Assembly: GCF_009914755.1 (NCBI RefSeq)
Contig: NC_060939.1
Length of the DNA: 64,000 nt
Source of the DNA: the human T2T-CHM13v2.0 reference genome, Homo sapiens
Strand: one strand, 5' to 3'
The translations under genes were made by a program, and so were the position numbers. A model generated the notes under the pieces. That model was given only the letters and a program-made list of their open reading frames with translations. It searched no databases and was not told the origin of the DNA. This document shows positions 1-16,004 of the stretch, one piece after another. Numbering within the stretch: the stretch's first letter is position 1; every line of letters starts with the position of its first letter.

Positions 1-375
1 CACTGGCATTGGGGCGGGGGACGGGAAGAGTGCAGACACATATGGGGTGGAATCTTGCTTCCTTTAACCTGATGCCTCCAGGGTGGAATTCCTTAGGTCG
101 TTTGACCCTCGCCTCTCTTCCCATTTTTCCCTCCTTGCCTTTTGCCAAGACCCAGAGTCACTCCAGGACCTGCTCTCTTCCTCTCACAGCCTCCTCCCTC
201 ACTGAGAGGCCTCCCTTAAGATCAGTCCCTCAGAGATCTCTGGGGCTCTGGCCTGTGAGAGAAGCCCTCTCTGCATTTTGGGATTGGCACAGCTGTGGAA
301 GAGAAGAAACGGTCCAACAACCCGGCTGTGCTGACAAAGCTCTTCAAACACTGTCCTGACCATGAATGAGGCCTC

Positions 376-450
376 TCTGTCTCCCTCCCTCCCTCCCTCC
401 CTGTTCCCTTCCTCCCTTCCTCCCATTCTCCCTCCCTTTCCTTCCTTTGT
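376..450 (+). repeat. (CCCT/CCTT)n pyrimidine low-complexity tract
   Basis: Direct inspection. Confidence 0.8.
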
Positions 451-492
451 TTTAAATATAAAAAGTTTCATGTACAGAAAGTGTACAAAATC

Positions 493-766
493 TTTTTTTT
501 TTTTTTTTTTTTTTGAGCCAGGGTGTCGCTATGTCATCCAGGCTGCAGGCTGGAACTCCTAGGTTCAAGCAATCTTCCTGCCTCAGCCTGCTGAGTAGCT
601 ACGACTACAGGCATGTGCTACCATGCCCGGCCGATTTTTGTGTTTTTCATAGAGATGGATTCTCCCGTGTTGCCCAGGCTGGTCTCCATCTCCTGGCCTC
701 GAGTAGTCCTCCCATCTCAGCCTCCCAAAGTGCTGGGATTATAGGCATGAGCCACCCCTCCTGGCC
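493..766 (-). mobile_element. Alu (old J/S type, internal deletion in right arm)
   Basis: Poly-T followed by antisense Alu ...cctcccaaagtgctgggatt. Confidence 0.92.
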
Positions 767-1229
767 TCCAAATTTATAACTAAAGCCCATCCTTCTCCTA
801 CCCCTTTCCTTCTCTCACCCTCTCATCCCAGAAATAATCATTTTTCTAGAGTGGGCATGTATAATTTTCATGTATGCCTCATGTATTATGTGCTCACATT
901 TACATGATCTATATCCTTTGGCAACTTGTTCTTTTCACTCAAAATTTGCGACTTCATTTCTTACAGCTGCTATTTTCATATTCTTTTGCATGTTTTAAAA
1001 TCTGCTGCTGATGGACCATTTCCACATTTTTTTATTTTATTTAAAGTGTTGCGGTGAACATCCTCGTACGCTTATTTCTCTTTTGGCTTAGACTGCATGA
1101 GAGTTCCCTAGGTTGGGTGTCTACAGTGGAACTGCTGTGTTTGGATGCATGTGTTCAGCTGGGGTAGGGCTTGCCAACTTTGTTTCCGAAGTGATTCTCC
1201 TTCCCATCAGCAGGGTTTTACCGTGTGCG

Positions 1230-3961
<2,732 letters not shown>

Positions 3962-5109
3962 TTCACTTTTTATTTTAATGATTATTGAATTTCTAAAAAA
4001 TCTACTTAGTTCTTATCAAAATCTGCCTCTTCTTTTTTATATAGTGTCTTGTCTTTAATTCTTCTTTTTAATCATACATATTTAATATTTTTATTGGGTA
4101 GTTCTTATCTGAATTTCTTGGCAATGTAATTCTAACAGTTTTAAATCGTCTGACTGTTGCTCAAGATGATTTGTTTCCTCATCTTCCATGTGGGTAAACA
4201 GTGGGAGGCATGTATAACCTGGGTTGAGGGTTTATCCTTCATAAGATGTTTGATTTTGCTTTTATCAGATTCCCAGGCATATCACTGTCTCCAGATTCTT
4301 TTAATATTAATTCATTTGCTTGGATGCTCCAGGACCACATAGGAATGGATTCAATTTGCAAACCCATGTGTTAGAGGCAGTGATTACACATTCTCAGGGG
4401 AGAACTTTATTTTCATTCAGAACCCAGGCCAAAACAACTTTCTTTGTAATTTCCCTATGCCAATGGGAATATTTTTTTCTTGCCTATCATTTTATCTTAA
4501 AGGAGGGTATAGATTTTATGTGGGTCTCTAAGTTCCTACTTTTCAACTTACAAGGGTCCAAGACCTAATCTCCTGGATATTAAATCCCAAGCCTTGAGAT
4601 TATTAAAGTTGTTTAATAAAATTGGCAAACCTTCATCATTCTGGGCTGCAGTAATATCCCCTCATATGTTTATTGATCTAGTTTTAACTTCCCTTTGCAC
4701 TTTGCCCTAGAGGGAATTTTCTCATATTCTTTGAGCTCAGCTATTTATTTCAGAGAATGTTATGTTTTATCTAGTATTTCTAGGTGCTTTGTAGGAGGAG
4801 TGCTTTTAGATATTTAGTCTTCCATACTGTCATTAATCGTTTTTCTCCTTATTTCTGTTCCATACAAATGGTTTTCCTGTTTGGGGGCACTAATGAGTCT
4901 TTTTTATTTTTATACTTTATGTTCATCTACTATTACTTTAAGTTTGAACCACAGTGAAGAATCCAAAGGATAATGTCATCTTGACTACAAATCCCAGATC
5001 TCTATTACTGATTATGACCAAGCTGATAGTAAATCGGAGGAAACAGTCCAATGTTCCCTAGTATATGTGAGTACATGAATGTGAATTTCTGAAAATTGTT
5101 GAAGCTAAT

Positions 5110-5672
5110 TGTGGCAGGCCGTGTTTGTTGTTCACCTAGTAGCTATTCTGCCTAATTTTATTACTGGAAGATACCTGATTTTTGTTTGGATTTCCACTCC
5201 TGTCTCATGTGATTCAGGGGTAAATCCTAATTTCTCTGTCATTCCTAGCAATACCATTTGCCTTACTACTGAGAGATTTAGAAGATGTGTTTCCAATTCT
5301 GAATAATGAAATTTGAAGGGAGGTCCACTGGAGACTTCTGGGAAATGTTTCCTTGCTCTTCAAGGGAAAAAAAAGTGGCAGAGTTAAGCTTTTCTTCTGC
5401 AAGTTCATTGTTTTCAAAATGTGTTGTCTGAAACTGTCATGACCATTCAGAGACCATGAAGTAGGCACCAAGCCGAGGATGGCAAAACCAGAAAGATGGA
5501 AAGATGCTGCCTTCTTGGATAGTAGTGTTGTGCTGATGAATTAATAAAACAGGAAGCCATCTATGTCTTGTTATGTCACTTTTCAATATGTTAGATAATA
5601 AATCCCTTTATTTGTTAAGCTAATTAAATGAAAGTTTTCGGTTACCTGCATCTGAAATATGCTAATGGATGT
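5110..5672 (+). mobile_element. MaLR solo LTR (MLT1J/K-like)
   Basis: Starts tgtggcag; gaggatggcaaaaccagaaagatggaaaga and ttgttaagc...gttacctgca resemble MLT1 LTR. Confidence 0.6.
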
Positions 5673-8600
5673 ACCATGGTGTAAACCTACCTTTGATTGG
5701 TAACAGTCTAAAAGACAAAGGTGAGCATAAGTTCATCCCAACTGGGATTCAATGCTTTAGCCAGATCACTGGTTTAGTGGTACATGAGGAACCTGCATTT
5801 ACTCTGTGAAAATATATGTCCTAGCCTTAATACGAGAAAAGACCAGGTGATATAAAAGCCCAGGGAATATGAAACATTCCTATGAAAGAAGGATGATAAC
5901 TCTGAGAAGTCCAAGCCAAAAGGAACTACAGAATGTCTTCTCATTTCCTCACACAAGAAGGGGTTCAAAAGAATAAAGAATGCATCTGCATGCATGCATA
6001 ACTAGAATCAAAATCATTTAGAGCTGCATCCATATGAGTTATAATTTTATCTATCTTGCTCCCTTGAGCTTGAAAGTGGTCCATTTCTGCAGGTTGGTGT
6101 GCTTACAAAGTGGTGGCATAGTGCGATAGAAAAGGAACGTGATTTCAACCAGTTCCTGAGACTGCACTTCCTACCTATATGAACTTGGGTAAATCACTTC
6201 TACAAACATGTTTCTTCATCTACAAAATGGAAAATCACTACCTGCCATATAGGGCTGCTATTAAGACTTAAAAAGATTAAGTATGGATTTATAAACTGTA
6301 AAGCTCTTTAGTATGTTAGTTAAAATGACCTTTCTCTGATTTTGTAATTTACTCCATGCAAATTAATCTGAAGAGTTAACATTTGCATTCCATTATCCAA
6401 AGCAATGATTCCAACACATTTCAGATGACAGGGCTGACCAGCAGAGAAGTCTTCTGAGTGGGTGATGGCTTATGGAGAGCCCAGGTTGCGCATGGTGTGA
6501 TCCATGACCACCTCACACAGCACTGGTCCTTAGACAACTAAAAGGTGCTGCTGAGGGTGTGCATCTGAGAAGGAAGAGCAGGATCCCATTTTCACAGCAA
6601 TGACCTAGCTCCCGACTCAGCCATTCCTGCCCACAGTTCTTTCAGGGGCTCTCTTTTGGGACTCAGTTACCTACAGTCTCCACATCTAGACTTTTCTCCA
6701 TGCAAGGACTAGTAACAATCTCCCACACTTTCTCTTTTGATTTTGTTGGTGGTGGTGCTGTTAAATGTTCTGTGGTTTTAAAAAAGAAACTCACTAATGA
6801 TTAAGAATACACATTTAACATCTTTAGGAATATTATGAGAAAGAGGAAAAAACTTCTGCAAGCAATACATCTCACCTTTTCAAAATAACAATTCTACATC
6901 TGGTCATTTTATCAATATTTGTAAAATCTAAAGGGATCCTTAGGACATGAGGCCAGTCTTCAACTCCTTTTGTGAAAAAGGCAGATCTGGTCCAAAGGTC
7001 TTACTTTCAAATGAAGAAACTGAGGCCAAGAGAAGTAAAGGGATTTTTAAATCTACAGTACCATACAAATTTACCCTTACTGTTAGCAAAAGTGGTGAAA
7101 AGAATAACTCAACCATATTCTTAAATAAGTAAAAGTTACAAGATTAATAAATTACAATAATGGGGAAATGTTACTTTACATAAGTAATTGCTTTAATAGG
7201 TTGGGACACTTACTACTGTTAGAAAAGCAGTAGAAAATATGGAATTGTCAAAGCATTAATCTGCCTTAGTTGATTCCTGGAACATTCCTGCAGATCAGTG
7301 CACCATATCCTAAAAGGAACATGGATGAACTTGTTTGTTTAAGGAGTGCCACCAGGATTATGGGATGACTTGAAGTTTTGTCTCATTAGGGATGGTTTAG
7401 GTAGAATAAGATGAGAACTTGAAAATAAAACTTACTTGCTTGCTGGATAAATGGTAGGACATGAGGCCAGCCTTCAATTCTGCTAGGTAGTGCTCCCATA
7501 GCTAGGCTTCTATATACACAAAGAGTCATTCTTATTCCGATAGCCCTAAGGATTTGGGCTCAATGGATGGAAGCCACAAGACTAGATCTATGCTGAATAT
7601 AAGGATCTCCCAACCATTAACTATTCTATGAGTAAGTACAACTAAAACAAAGGCCCCCAAGTGAATTATTTTTGCCAAAAAAAAATGATTAAAATTAATC
7701 CATTCCACACAAAATAAGTATCATTAGTGCTTCTGAAAGAGCTGCACTATAATTCGGTGGCAACTGAGCATTAATTTTAGGTCGTGTGGGAAATATATTC
7801 TTATTCACCAGTCTAAGTCATGGGTACTCAGTCTTTATGGCCTTTACTAAACAGTGTTTTCAATGGTGTCCATTTACCATCTGGATTGTAATAATAGTCA
7901 TGCAAGATTTCTGTTCTGTTCATTTGAGGCCAACTCGAAAGGAGTGCTTTCCAGGTCTCTCAGTTTTAACCATGGGAATCTTTTTCACAAGAAAGCACTT
8001 GTTTCCTGCTGCCAATAATTCCAGATATATTCAAATGTCCCATAGACCTTACAACTATTCCAGAATTCTTCAGGAGTATGATTCCCTTATCTTGGCGTAA
8101 AGAAAAAAAAAAATCTACTACCTACTTCAGTAACAGTGATAGATTATTCAACTGACTGCATAGTCCAAGAAATCTTTATTGAAAAAGTTAAGAACGCTGT
8201 TAATCTTCTAGTTCATGCCCTATTTTTTTTTTTTCGTTTTTACTATTTTTGAGAGCATGAATCACTGTGAATTGAATGAAGTGGGAAGATTTGATCAGAA
8301 GTGTCAAAGTAGGTTAAGCCTCTCTAACAGTACTCCACAGGGAAAGGAAATGTGCCCTGTTCCAGAGTGGCTGCTTAATTTAAACCATCAATAAGTGCTT
8401 GCTTAACTAATTTGCAGCAGCATCCTCTGGTGAAGCTAAAATTTTATAGTTTCCATTCAAATTGCAATCTTTGAACACCTGCTCATTTGTTACATTACTA
8501 CTCTATAATGTCATGTGCCATGCTCAAAAATATCATTTCTACTTTGGCAAGTCCCTAGCCAGTTATAATAAAGTATGTATCTTGGGCATGGTTTTTCTAC

Positions 8601-9122
8601 TCCTGATATCAGTAGAACTCTATAAGGGTTTATGGTAGAACCCCATGCATTTGATTTTTAGTTTTGATTGTGCTGTGGAAATAGAGGCAAGTTTTATGTC
8701 CCATATCCAAAGTTTTTATTTCCTCATTTGTATACCTCAAAAGCTACATATGCTAGTCAACTGTCATAGTAATATTAGACCATATGTAAGAATTCTCCAG
8801 GAAAAAAATGTTTTAACTAAGGGCTGGCTTAGGTTTGGGTGTTACTATGGGAAATGCCATATCACAGTTAGGTGTAAAACATAGATAGGGAGAGAACATA
8901 AAATTTGGGGTTAAGGGTATAAGGTTCTAAAAGAAATCCAAGAGGCCAACACTGGCTGCATTCATTCAACACCAATGTCCTTGTTTTTAGGAAGAAGTAG
9001 AGATACAGACGGATGTTGGTGATGTTGGATCCTAATTTCAGTTCCTATCTCACCACAGGACCTTGGGTAAGTCATCTGATATCTGTTTGTCCCATCTGTA
9101 AGATCAATTATATGACACAATA

Positions 9123-9325
9123 TAGGGATCAATGAACTTTTCTGTAAAGGGTCTGATAGTAAATTGTTCAGGCTTTGCTGGCCGTATTGTCTTTGTCACA
9201 ATTACCCAACTCTGCCACTGTAGTGCAAAACCAGCCATAACCAATGCAAATAAATGGGTGTGGTTGTTCCAATAAAACTTTGTAAGAACAGATGATTTGG
9301 CCTGTAGGTTGTAGTTTGCCAAGCA
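9123..9325 (+). mobile_element. MER58A-like hAT-Charlie MITE
   Basis: aacttttctgtaaagggtctgatagtaaat...gttgtagtttgcc. Confidence 0.8.
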
Positions 9326-10043
9326 ATAGTATAATATCTACTTAACAAAGATAACTTAATATTTAAAGAGGTGCCATAAGAAGAAAAGTTAAAATGATGC
9401 ATAGAGAAGGAAGACTTAAAATGATGGCAAAAGAGAAAAGTGGGTGAAGAGAAAAACTGGTACCATAAGATAAATGTTTTCTACAAAAACAAACAAAACC
9501 CAAATACCAAGAACTGAAATCTACTCTTGGTGAAAATCATTTATCAAGGCATTTAAACCACTTTAGGCATTGTAGTCAATCTCTGGGGAAGTTGCTTGAT
9601 CTTTCTTCAAGTTTAAAATAATGCTAAAGAATTAAATCTTCTTTGTAGTGTTGTTATAATCTTAGTGGATAGAGGACCATGTTGGTATATATATTTCATT
9701 ACTATTCTAATTTTTTCCCCACTAGAAGTCAATTTTTAAAATCTTTTCATCCAGCAGATATGTAATGTACAAAAGGGATAAAAATAATTTTGATGTGCTT
9801 ATGTTTCATATTTGTTCTCAAGTGTCATCCTTCTGATACACATCATGTGGCAACATATATGTTGACACCAATTTCTCTGAACTCTTTATCAAAAAAAATT
9901 TGCCAGCACTAACTGTAAAATGAAACATTAGTATGGTCTGAGAGGGAAGAAAATTCTGTTGTTTCTTAGAGTTTCTCCTATAGTCTATGATTTTTCTAAA
10001 ATTTGAGAAGCAAATTTAATACATTGAGAATTTTGTAGGTATA

Positions 10044-10683
<640 letters not shown>

Positions 10684-11469
10684 GGTTTGTAAAAACAAAA
10701 CAGAAAACTCTTTCTGAAGACTTTTTCACCTCAAAGAGACCCACAGTTGACTGTTTGAATGATACACACTTATAACTGAAGATACTTTCCAGCATGAATT
10801 CAAGAATAAGCCTCAATTTTCCCACTAGCGGCACAATTACCAAGAGAAATGTGCTCCCTCCGCTCCAGTGAGTCTCGATTTCTTCTTAGAGCTGACACAC
10901 ATGGCACAGAACCCACTTTCATCAGTACTCATGGTCATTCTGGCAGTGATTCTCAACCACAAGGGCTTGTCCCCAGAGGACAAATGACCCTGTTATGAGC
11001 AATCTTCTATCCTCTAAGAATCTTTGGTTTTTCTCCCCAATAAAAAGATGATTCTTCTAGCTCTGGCAATAATTGCAACTTAATATTAACTAACATTGAG
11101 ATCTGTAGAGCCCTTTAAGAATTTGATCATTTTAAGTCCAGAGCATTAATTTTTAGTCCTGGCTGTACATTAGAAACACACACAGAACTTCGTTAAAAAC
11201 AGATATCCAGGCAGCACCAGATCAACATACTTAGAAACTCAAAGCACCAAAAAGATGATAGTGTCCTCCTTCATGCATAATTCAAAATAAAAACAATACT
11301 AAATCATAAAACACATGGAAGTAAGTCCACCCTGGATGGCATTTTTCTTACGAAGCTTGGGTACACTCTTCTTCCTTTTTTTTTTTTTTTTCCTTTTTTA
11401 ATGCCCCTGCTTTGCTACAGCCCTCAGCATGAACTTATTCTTCCTACCAGATAATCCAGCACTGGGTGA

Positions 11470-11808
11470 GCCTTCCAAACTGGTAGTCTGAGCCCCATGT
11501 GGAAGAGGGAGGAGAAGAGAAAGACAGCGGTATGGTAGAACATCCCAGACTGCCATGCAGTCTAAGAAAGGTTCTGCAAGGCCACTGAAGAGTCTTCAAG
11601 CCAAAGTCGGCTGTCAGAGGAGTTCTGTGTCTCCTAGAATTTCCAGACTAAGTATGTCTTAGTATAACTTCATACTCAGCCAGTCGCTGAGAGAAACCAC
11701 GGAAGGCATGGGCTCAATGCAAATACAGCAATGGATTTCAAAGTGCAGCTGGGCCCCTAGGTCAACCGCATTCTCTGTAATCCCCCAGTATTGGAGGTCT
11801 CTGCCACA
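11470..11808. mobile_element. MaLR LTR remnant (MLT1-like)
   Basis: Degenerate MLT1-like phrases ending ...ctgccaca. Confidence 0.45.
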
Positions 11809-12014
11809 GATCTCTAGTGTGATAAAGGGGCTCAGTACCCCTGAGAAAAAGCTTTTCTGACTAGTATCTTGTAAAGTCCTCCATAACTATCAATATAACT
11901 TCTCACTATTTTGGGATTGGAAGAGGAAAAGGGAAAGACAAAAAGTAAAGCAAATGTTACTTGAATAACACAAACCCACAAAGTTTTCACACCTGTAAAC
12001 AATGTGCCAAATGT

Positions 12015-12020
12015 TTTATT
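12015..12020 (-). terminator. Distal polyadenylation signal AATAAA
   Basis: tttatt on the + strand, followed on the - strand by GU/U-rich sequence (tgtgggtttgtgtt, ttttactttttgtc). Confidence 0.75.
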
Positions 12021-13348
12021 TCTCTCATATGCAAGTAATTACCTCTCAAAGCATTTTTAAAAAACGCATTATTACACTTTACCAATGAATTATTTCTGTC
12101 CCTGGAGATTAAATCAAATCAAAATGTTACAAATAGTATCAGTATGATATAATTTCTTAAATATATGGGACATTGTCAACAGCTGTGATTCATATGAAAA
12201 ATATAATCAGATATCTCAAATTCCTAATTCTGTTTTAAAAACACAAAACACTAGAACAGTTGCTATGAAATTACTGATAATGATCCCTTTAATAAACTGC
12301 AATTAACCACTAATATAGAAATTCAATTTAAGCAAGAAGTTTTATATATTATACTTTACAGAAAAAAATAATTTTGAAAAAGTAATGACAAACAGAGATC
12401 AAACATTTAGGGCATTAGTTACTGCATTCTCTTTTTAGAATATACATTAAGTAACACTAGTAAAATTTAAAGTTTTATGACCAGGCCTTAAAAAACATGA
12501 ATGATGATGACAGAACCACTATCACACATAAACAAAAATAGAGCAAACCAAGCGTGTCCACATCTCCATGAATTCAGTGATTTGAAATAAATGTTGTTAT
12601 GTTAAACATTATGAGCAAATCTAAAGGTTCAACCAAAAAACTTACATATTTTTGAGTATTTTTTAAAGTTTTAATAGTTTATCTCTGATCAAGGATGGAG
12701 AAAGGACAAAAAAAAATACTGTCCTGAATTGATTCTCACAGGGCCTGCTCCCTCACAGAACACAGTGTCATTATATATGCCTTATTTATATATAAAACAA
12801 CCAAAGAATTTTCATTCTTCTTAGTAAGTATTTAAAATACATTCTAGGCGTGCATTAGGAGTAAATGTTAATTTGTGATGCCCTTAAAAGACTTTCAACC
12901 TGTAAGAAACAATTTCTGGGAATATAAAAATATTGAATTTTACATATTTCAGAGTCTTGAGAAACTTAAAGTGCAGTATTTTCATGTATCAGCAAATAAT
13001 AATTGTGTCATATAAGCTCATCTTGAAAGAGGATGTAAATACTTCCAAATTTTTATGAATGCTACATTACAGAGGGCAGAGTGTAGCTATTTTAAGGTTT
13101 GATTGTCCAGATTTTTTTATTAGACTGCAAGGAGGAAAAATAAGCACCAAAGTAAAATATGCTTTATTAGGGGGAAAAACAGTGTTTTCATGAAAAGAAA
13201 ATAGAAAACATGTCATTTCTCCCTTTAGTGACCTTTCTTCATTCAATTACCTGGTTTACCAAGAATGTTAACTCAGTTCAATTATTGAACAAATCACTCT
13301 TAAACAAAATGTCAGGATCCAACATTTGTTCATGGGTTAAAGCCTTTT

Positions 13349-13676
13349 GGCGGGCCGTGGTGGCTCATGCCTGTAATCCCAGCACTTTGGGAGGCTGAGG
13401 CATGCGGATCACAAGGTCAGGAGTTCGAGACTAGACTGACCAACATGGTGAAACTCATCTCTACTAAAAATACAAAAAAAAAAAAATTACCCAGGCGTGG
13501 TGGCACACACCTGTAATCCTAGCTACTCAGGAGGCTGAGGCAGTAGAACCGCTTGAACCCGAGAGGCAGAGATTGCAGTGAGCCAAGATCGCACCACTGC
13601 ATTCCAGCCTGGGCGACAGAGCAAGACTCGGTCTCAAAAAAAAAAAAAAACCCCAAAAAAACAAAAATAAAAAAAC
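13349..13676 (+). mobile_element. Alu (AluS) inside the VPS13C 3'UTR, antisense in the mRNA
   Basis: Full dimer with A tail; short TSD-like aaa(g/a)ccttt. Confidence 0.95.
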
Positions 13677-14051
13677 CTTTCAAAGAACACTAGTCATTCT
13701 AAGCTCATTTCTTATTCTTCAGTAAGGCTTTAATTAAATATAAGCCTATTGACCTTTGCTTCACAATTTTAATATTAATGAAAATTTCATTCTGAGTTTG
13801 AAGTGACGTTTCTTCAAGGGTCTGACCCATTTGGGTGGTGGCGTAGAAGTGGACTGCTAGCATATACATGGTTACAAAATTAGAGTAAAAACTAAAAGGT
13901 GAAAAAACTAGAAAACCCAATACTAGCTATTCCAGAAAACTAAAACTAAAGGATTGCTTGAAAAATTGTCTTTAGCAAGATAAAGCAGAGTGACTTATAG
14001 ACAAGACCAGTGATTGTTTTTTCTCCCTGTTGGAGCCCCTGAGGTCTGTGA

Positions 14052-14153
14052 TTAAGATGGCAATTGGGGTCTGAGAAGTCTCACTGATGACTGCTTCATC
14101 AATTTTTGCTGCTGTCTCGTTGACTGTGCATCCTCAATGGCATTACATGCTCT
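14052..14153 (-). CDS. VPS13C: VPS13C terminal exon coding part (RACNAIEDAQSTRQQQKLMKQSSVRLLRPQLPS*)
   Basis: CAG acceptor 14156-14154, TAA at 14054-14052; recognisable VPS13C C-terminus. Confidence 0.96.
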   Translation of the reverse strand, partial: RACNAIEDAQSTRQQQKLMKQSSVRLLRPQLPS

Positions 14154-14465
14154 CTGTAAAGTAAAATACTTATTATGAATTTTAAAGACAAGTATAGGCT
14201 CATTTGGTTGAAGGGAAAGGTATGAAAGCAAGGGCTGAAGCTCTCCAAACAGGACCAACAGCTAAGGACCAAGGATACAGTCCAGATGTGTCATATAAAA
14301 ATAAGACCCTTGCACCCGACTGAGTCCACAGCATATTAAGTTTATATATCCATCCATAGTTATAATTGGGAGAGCTTTGGGAGAAATAATGGTATTCATT
14401 ATAAGAGGCTTTTAAAAAAGTATTTCAGCTAAAAAAAATTGAGGCATGCTCTTTAAATTGTTTAC

Positions 14466-14549
14466 CTCTGCTGTGGCGGTGTCCTTCAGGTAAACTTTTC
14501 GAACACAGCCTTGATTGGCACTGTCTTTTTTGTGGAACAGACCCTGTTC
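14466..14549 (-). CDS. VPS13C: VPS13C penultimate exon (EQGLFHKKDSANQGCVRKVYLKDTATAE)
   Basis: CAG acceptor, GTAAA donor; 84 nt, phase 0 to 0. Confidence 0.93.
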
Positions 14550-15880
14550 CTGTTTCAAAAGAAACAATGACAGAAAAGAAATTATTCTGAGGAAGAAAAA
14601 AATTCCTAACTTTTAATTGTATACTTAAATGTCAACTCTATCTTATAACAAGTAGGCTAACCAAATACACATATTCAAGTAAGATATGAAATAAATCATC
14701 TTGGAACAAGGACGGTATTTCCATATGTGAGTTGTTAGAACTTATAAAATTGGATGAGCATACATCTATCTGTATAAAATAATGGCTTTCTGCAGGCTAT
14801 GATAAATAGCCTACAGAAACACCACTTGGTAACTCATCACATCTGACAAATCAAAAAACCCTTCCTTCATTTCTTTGGCTGATACATAAAATTTCTGTAT
14901 AATGTAAAATACACTGAGTCAATTCTCACCATTGATGTGAAAGAGAAGTGATAACTGAGGAAACTATAAAATATATGCACAGTGACATAGTCTTTCCTAG
15001 TTTGAAAACTATATTTCATACATCAAAACATTCCTTAAATTTTGACACTCTACAATGTAGTAATGCTGAAATACAAAATGGTAGGGTAACACGGTGTTTC
15101 CTTTATTTGTAAATTTCCATGAAAAGATAAGTAAACATAAATTAAAGGGTAACAGTACTCACATCTATAGCTATTAAATTTCACAGTAAATGTTCTTCTA
15201 GCTACTAAATTTCCCAGTAAAAAACGTTTAGTTTTGCAGATAGTTTCACTAATAGAAATAACATTATTGTTTAGGGAAAACAAATGCACTAAAGAAATTG
15301 CCATATTTAGAATAATAATTTATAGTTTTTTAAAGGCATGAAAATAAATTTATAATATATAATGTAACAAACATATTTCAAAGAAAGTTAAGTACTTGAG
15401 TCTAAGAACTAAGCAAAAGACAGAGTATCACTTTTACAAATTACTATGTAATTAAAATAAAAGTGCTTCCTTACAAAATGATGGGAGAAAAGACATTTTA
15501 TCAAATCACTTAATAATCTTCTAAAAACCTAAAAAGAGGGAATCTTTCCAGAAATGTCTAAGATTACAGCAACATGGGTGTCCATATGAAGTTAAAAAAA
15601 AAACCTCTCCTATTTACTAATGCTTAATTCTACCAAAAAGAAAATATCAGCATATGAGAATCTTAATTATTTGGGTGGGTAGACTGATATTTCACTCTAT
15701 GCAATCAAGACTGCCAGAAAATAAGTACAGTTATTCAAATAAATTGATTACATCTTTCTTCACATCTCAGCATATAGTAGTAATAACGACACTAATCCTT
15801 CAAATATTTTGTGTAGTTAACTGCAAAACAGTCTAAAAGCAATGAACTCTTAGCTCTAAAGGTGTGACATGTTTTCTTAC

Positions 15881-16004
15881 CTTAACTGAAATTTTTAGCA
15901 CATTTTCACTGACACTAGGAGGAAATACAAAATCTTCAAATGGACATTGCCAGTCTACACACATAAGGCCCAGGATTTCAACTTCCTTTATACACAACAC
16001 TCGC
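15881..16004 (-). CDS. VPS13C: VPS13C coding exon (RVLCIKEVEILGLMCVDWQCPFEDFVFPPSVSENVLKISVK)
   Basis: TAG acceptor, GTAAG donor; 124 nt, phase 2 to 0. Confidence 0.95.

Larger units (their letters stand above)
11990..14051 (-). other. VPS13C: VPS13C 3'UTR of the long isoform (about 2.06 kb; end approximate)
   Basis: AT-rich sequence from the stop codon to AATAAA at 12020-12015. Confidence 0.75.

Noticed and set aside
10820-10836. CTCF-like motif ccactagcggcac (and tcaccagaggatgc near 8420-8433, minus strand)
   Set aside because: One base short of, or mismatched to, the core; cannot be supported without ChIP data
11994-12001. miR-30 8mer TGTTTACA on the gene strand
   Set aside because: Lies between the AATAAA and the cleavage region, so it is unlikely to be an effective site
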